Both the position numbers and the translations under genes were made by a program. A stretch of 64,000 bases of DNA from Longimicrobiales bacterium. Lineage in GTDB: Bacteria > Gemmatimonadota > Gemmatimonadetes > Longimicrobiales > Gaopeijiaceae. Positions 63,601-64,000 of this stretch are shown one piece after another; the stretch's first letter is position 1; each line of letters opens with the position of its first letter. The stretch spans positions 1,408,001 through 1,472,000 of the forward strand of contig OZ241869.1 in assembly GCA_965202805.1 (NCBI GenBank), written 5' to 3'. The notes below the pieces were generated by a model. It searched no databases. It saw only the letters and a program-made list of their open reading frames with translations, and had not been told where the DNA came from.

Positions 63601-64000
63601 AGCAGGACCTTGAGCAACGCACAGTGGAACGCTGCCGCCTCCATGTGCCCGAGGTTGCTCTTTACGCTCGATAGTCGCAGCGGTACGTCGCGCTCGACGC
63701 CTCCGAAGGCTTCCGCAATGGCATTGCCTTCGATGCGGTCTCCGACCACGGTGCCGGTGGCATGCGCCTCGACATAGTCGAAGTCCCCCGGCGCACGCCC
63801 TGCCCTCGCGGACGCCGTTCGCATCAACGCGACCTGGGCATGCCGGGTGGGCGCGGTGATGTAGCGTCCCTGCGCCAGGCCCTCGCTGCCGTCGGCGGCG
63901 CCGGCCGCGTTGACCGCCGTCGCCTCGATGACGGCATGGATGGGATCCCCGTCCCGCTCGGCCGCCTCAAGCGGCTTGAGGGCGAAGATGAAGGCGCCCT
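57642..64000 (-). CDS. swfA: Mono-modular type I PKS/FAS, KS(partial)-AT-DH-psiMT-ER-KR-ACP, SwfA-like; 5' end lies outside the window
   Basis: The frame is open to the right edge (GAFIFALKPLEAAERDGDPIHAVI). KS: EAHATGT, KSNLGHMEAAA, NSFGFGGANGH. AT: GHSSG, AFHS. DH: HKVHHAAIMP. ER: LIHSAMGGVG. KR: TGGLGGFG, LDD, YSAAN. ACP: FGLTSISV. Confidence 0.92.
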   Translation of the reverse strand, partial: GAFIFALKPLEAAERDGDPIHAVIEATAVNAAGAADGSEGLAQGRYITAPTRHAQVALMRTASARAGRAPGDFDYVEAHATGTVVGDRIEGNAIAEAFGGVERDVPLRLSSVKSNLGHMEAAAFHCALLKVLLMMQRRTFAPTSKNFVVPNPEIDFERGPMQVQTDCEPFPEKPVVVGINSFGFGGANGHCVVREYRPERPREWSSPPALRAGLMVPLSARTAGALTRSAEQLRKTLGEDGVDLSTLAGNLGRRRTHFATRTAFAVRDRAQLIESLDAFIANPAPVVTAEGSERRIAMAFSGQGTQWAGCGRGLYDTDPVFRRVVDAIEAHWREHSDTSLRDACLSAPQEALDEVQLAQPVIFMIQCALLELLKTWGVYPECVVGHSSGEVAAAYASGALSLEEATRLVYHRATLQQRTAGSGRMLAIGLDLPGVEGLLDELKIPFRPADGPAAVEIACENAPASVVVCGKEAALEPVMAELARRKLQNQLLAGNIAFHSAAMELIRDEALEALSFLDARDFETTAPFISSVEGGTVERLDAAYWWSNVRQPVRFARAIDTMVRDFQPDVFLEIAPHNALQSVIIQCLEGSSAAPACVPTLMRDADDRLAFQEALGALFQAGVALDFAAQYPRPQPIAHLLPGHPREEQAAVDPLTDDEFFVRQGQYSHGPLVGHKVPSDHMLFEARLSARDFPWLADHKVHHAAIMPAAAYIELVLETLGGDPAHFEVLEFLQPCPIPAEPVRLQTALHPVANAPDEFTFTISSRPYDVDAASEVHCRGRVARVASDHPVGVPLRLEDIDTSSCETVFARRSDFYERIEAVLSETFQYGPYFQTIRHFRQNTRTRALIVDIEMDEELWRTGREEGYVSGPPALLDGGLQIFLSHLLTASHLFAIPQRAEATTFLRPPTGPRITCHVTRPAQDWMDANERGQYSVQRGERAAGAISFYDSETGHLVAHIGEYTYFTSNPRWNDLPNSKHEIVWQPKFIPDGRSLAGILPDGEIEPAALIAALEAAEWGEGLSCHVIEFAGGREPGQTILARCLDHLTTSDCQSEFWLVGDSEEATRAHYEAFNQRSAALRFECHEPSVEPAMEQGLLRPAGAELILLHGSDGRIEADRWAFLRHLAVPGGLVLVCHDEDDVVEPGGGWTTIRAGRFATLLQAPASYAGESVGDSLPRPRWVLGDPGSWASDWMSLLGAPDEVRRVAHEVVVSGRYDSYEDWAQAVDLRAIDYFCGTDPDDPTGERAAAHFIGFVQALVPARLEQSTDLCRLTVVTRRTVLDAEDPRGSALWGAVRSMAMEIGDEAMIDFRLVDLGESGDLRALARLAGCDLRERELAVRKNRLWAPRMVSIRERYSRLREGEDAPYRLTLDNPGQIAGLEMKTYPLPAVGAADVEIDVGAAALNFRDVMVTLGLLPALAYERSALGHAVGMEGSGIVRRVGSEVRNCRVGDRVAFIAGGCIANRVVVPEYLVFTKPDSLSMEQAASTLSVYVTAYYSLIHLARLRKGQRVLIHSAMGGVGQAAIALAKHVGAEIYTTAGSDAKRKRLKAMGASGAFDSHSHDWYDDLMAATAGQGVDVVLNSLAGRHIELCLKALRPGGWHCEIGKIDIYADNDLGLRIFRKNLRFAAIDVDRLMIDDPHLTRELSETCMDLLGRGALPPLPITVFPYEDYAKALRLMTTGRHQGKLVLEAPRTSVAAGYAVADVRPLFDPDATYLVTGGLGGFGLRLIPYLVAAGARHLTLLDRDPQRRRDAEWVRRSSALVYMDATAEFDIVQGDVAVEEDVQRCIEGIRRPLKGVFHLAGALDDRLLDDMSIESLVRVFAPKAAGALHLHRATAGLDLDHFVLFSSTASMLGNPGQINYSAANGFLDGLAALRHRRGLPCLTYNMPAVGDAGMAARSLPVLRMMRAAGLPPVSSDLAIANLDYALRAMRDRPHLVTCLFERPSWTVDFPDYMRIGRLMHNHDAFEAGSEGELTLEGVVDRIAGKVAELCGHEDGEVDEPLSSFGLTSISVAELGTFIQAEFGYRVSALELMTTASSLSLAEGIISGNDRADEDHAETDSQGSEQASAASRPRAQRVPSVFANAPEDHFTASRSTSPESGGNGSDPLPVPALQGRT

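Overview
High-GC bacterial chromosomal window with about 45 protein-coding genes. I saw no rRNA, tRNA or CRISPR array. The gene content (diderm LptFG, a SprA-like outer-membrane protein, Ig-like and beta-propeller lipoproteins, many periplasmic hydrolases, an Rpn-family gene, an swf-type PKS cluster) suggests a Gemmatimonadota-like bacterium, possibly a sponge symbiont; this is inference only. Left to right: LysM zinc peptidase (cut by the window edge), sodA, dinB; a minus-strand run sprA-like/comEA/pilT/pilC/psd/AGCS symporter; lptF-lptG; an Ig/LVIVD protein; an M20 deacylase; an FMN reductase; a 5'-truncated Rpn gene; a dipeptidase/SSS transporter/proline-racemase-family operon; a TRAP transporter; a serine hydrolase; threonine ammonia-lyase; a Tsx-like channel with an EEP nuclease; a trypsin-like protease followed by a stand-alone copy of its own N-terminal domain; surface lipoproteins; a nitroreductase; a two-component system followed by a phased repeat array, a Tat-exported dioxygenase-like gene and an OM barrel; several amidases/hydrolases. 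The right end holds a coupled cluster of mono-modular type I PKS (partial), B12 radical SAM enzyme and thioester-reductase/sulfotransferase fusion, matching the swf cluster of sponge symbionts. The most notable points are (1) a T9SS-translocon (SprA) homolog heading an apparent DNA-uptake/type IV pilus operon, (2) the swf-type sulfated-lipid cluster, (3) the protease with a free pro-domain gene, (4) the 7-unit helically phased operator-like array, (5) the decapitated Rpn that keeps an internal start for its C-terminal domain, and (6) a probable CTG start for dinB. All family calls come from motif recognition by eye; no searches were run.
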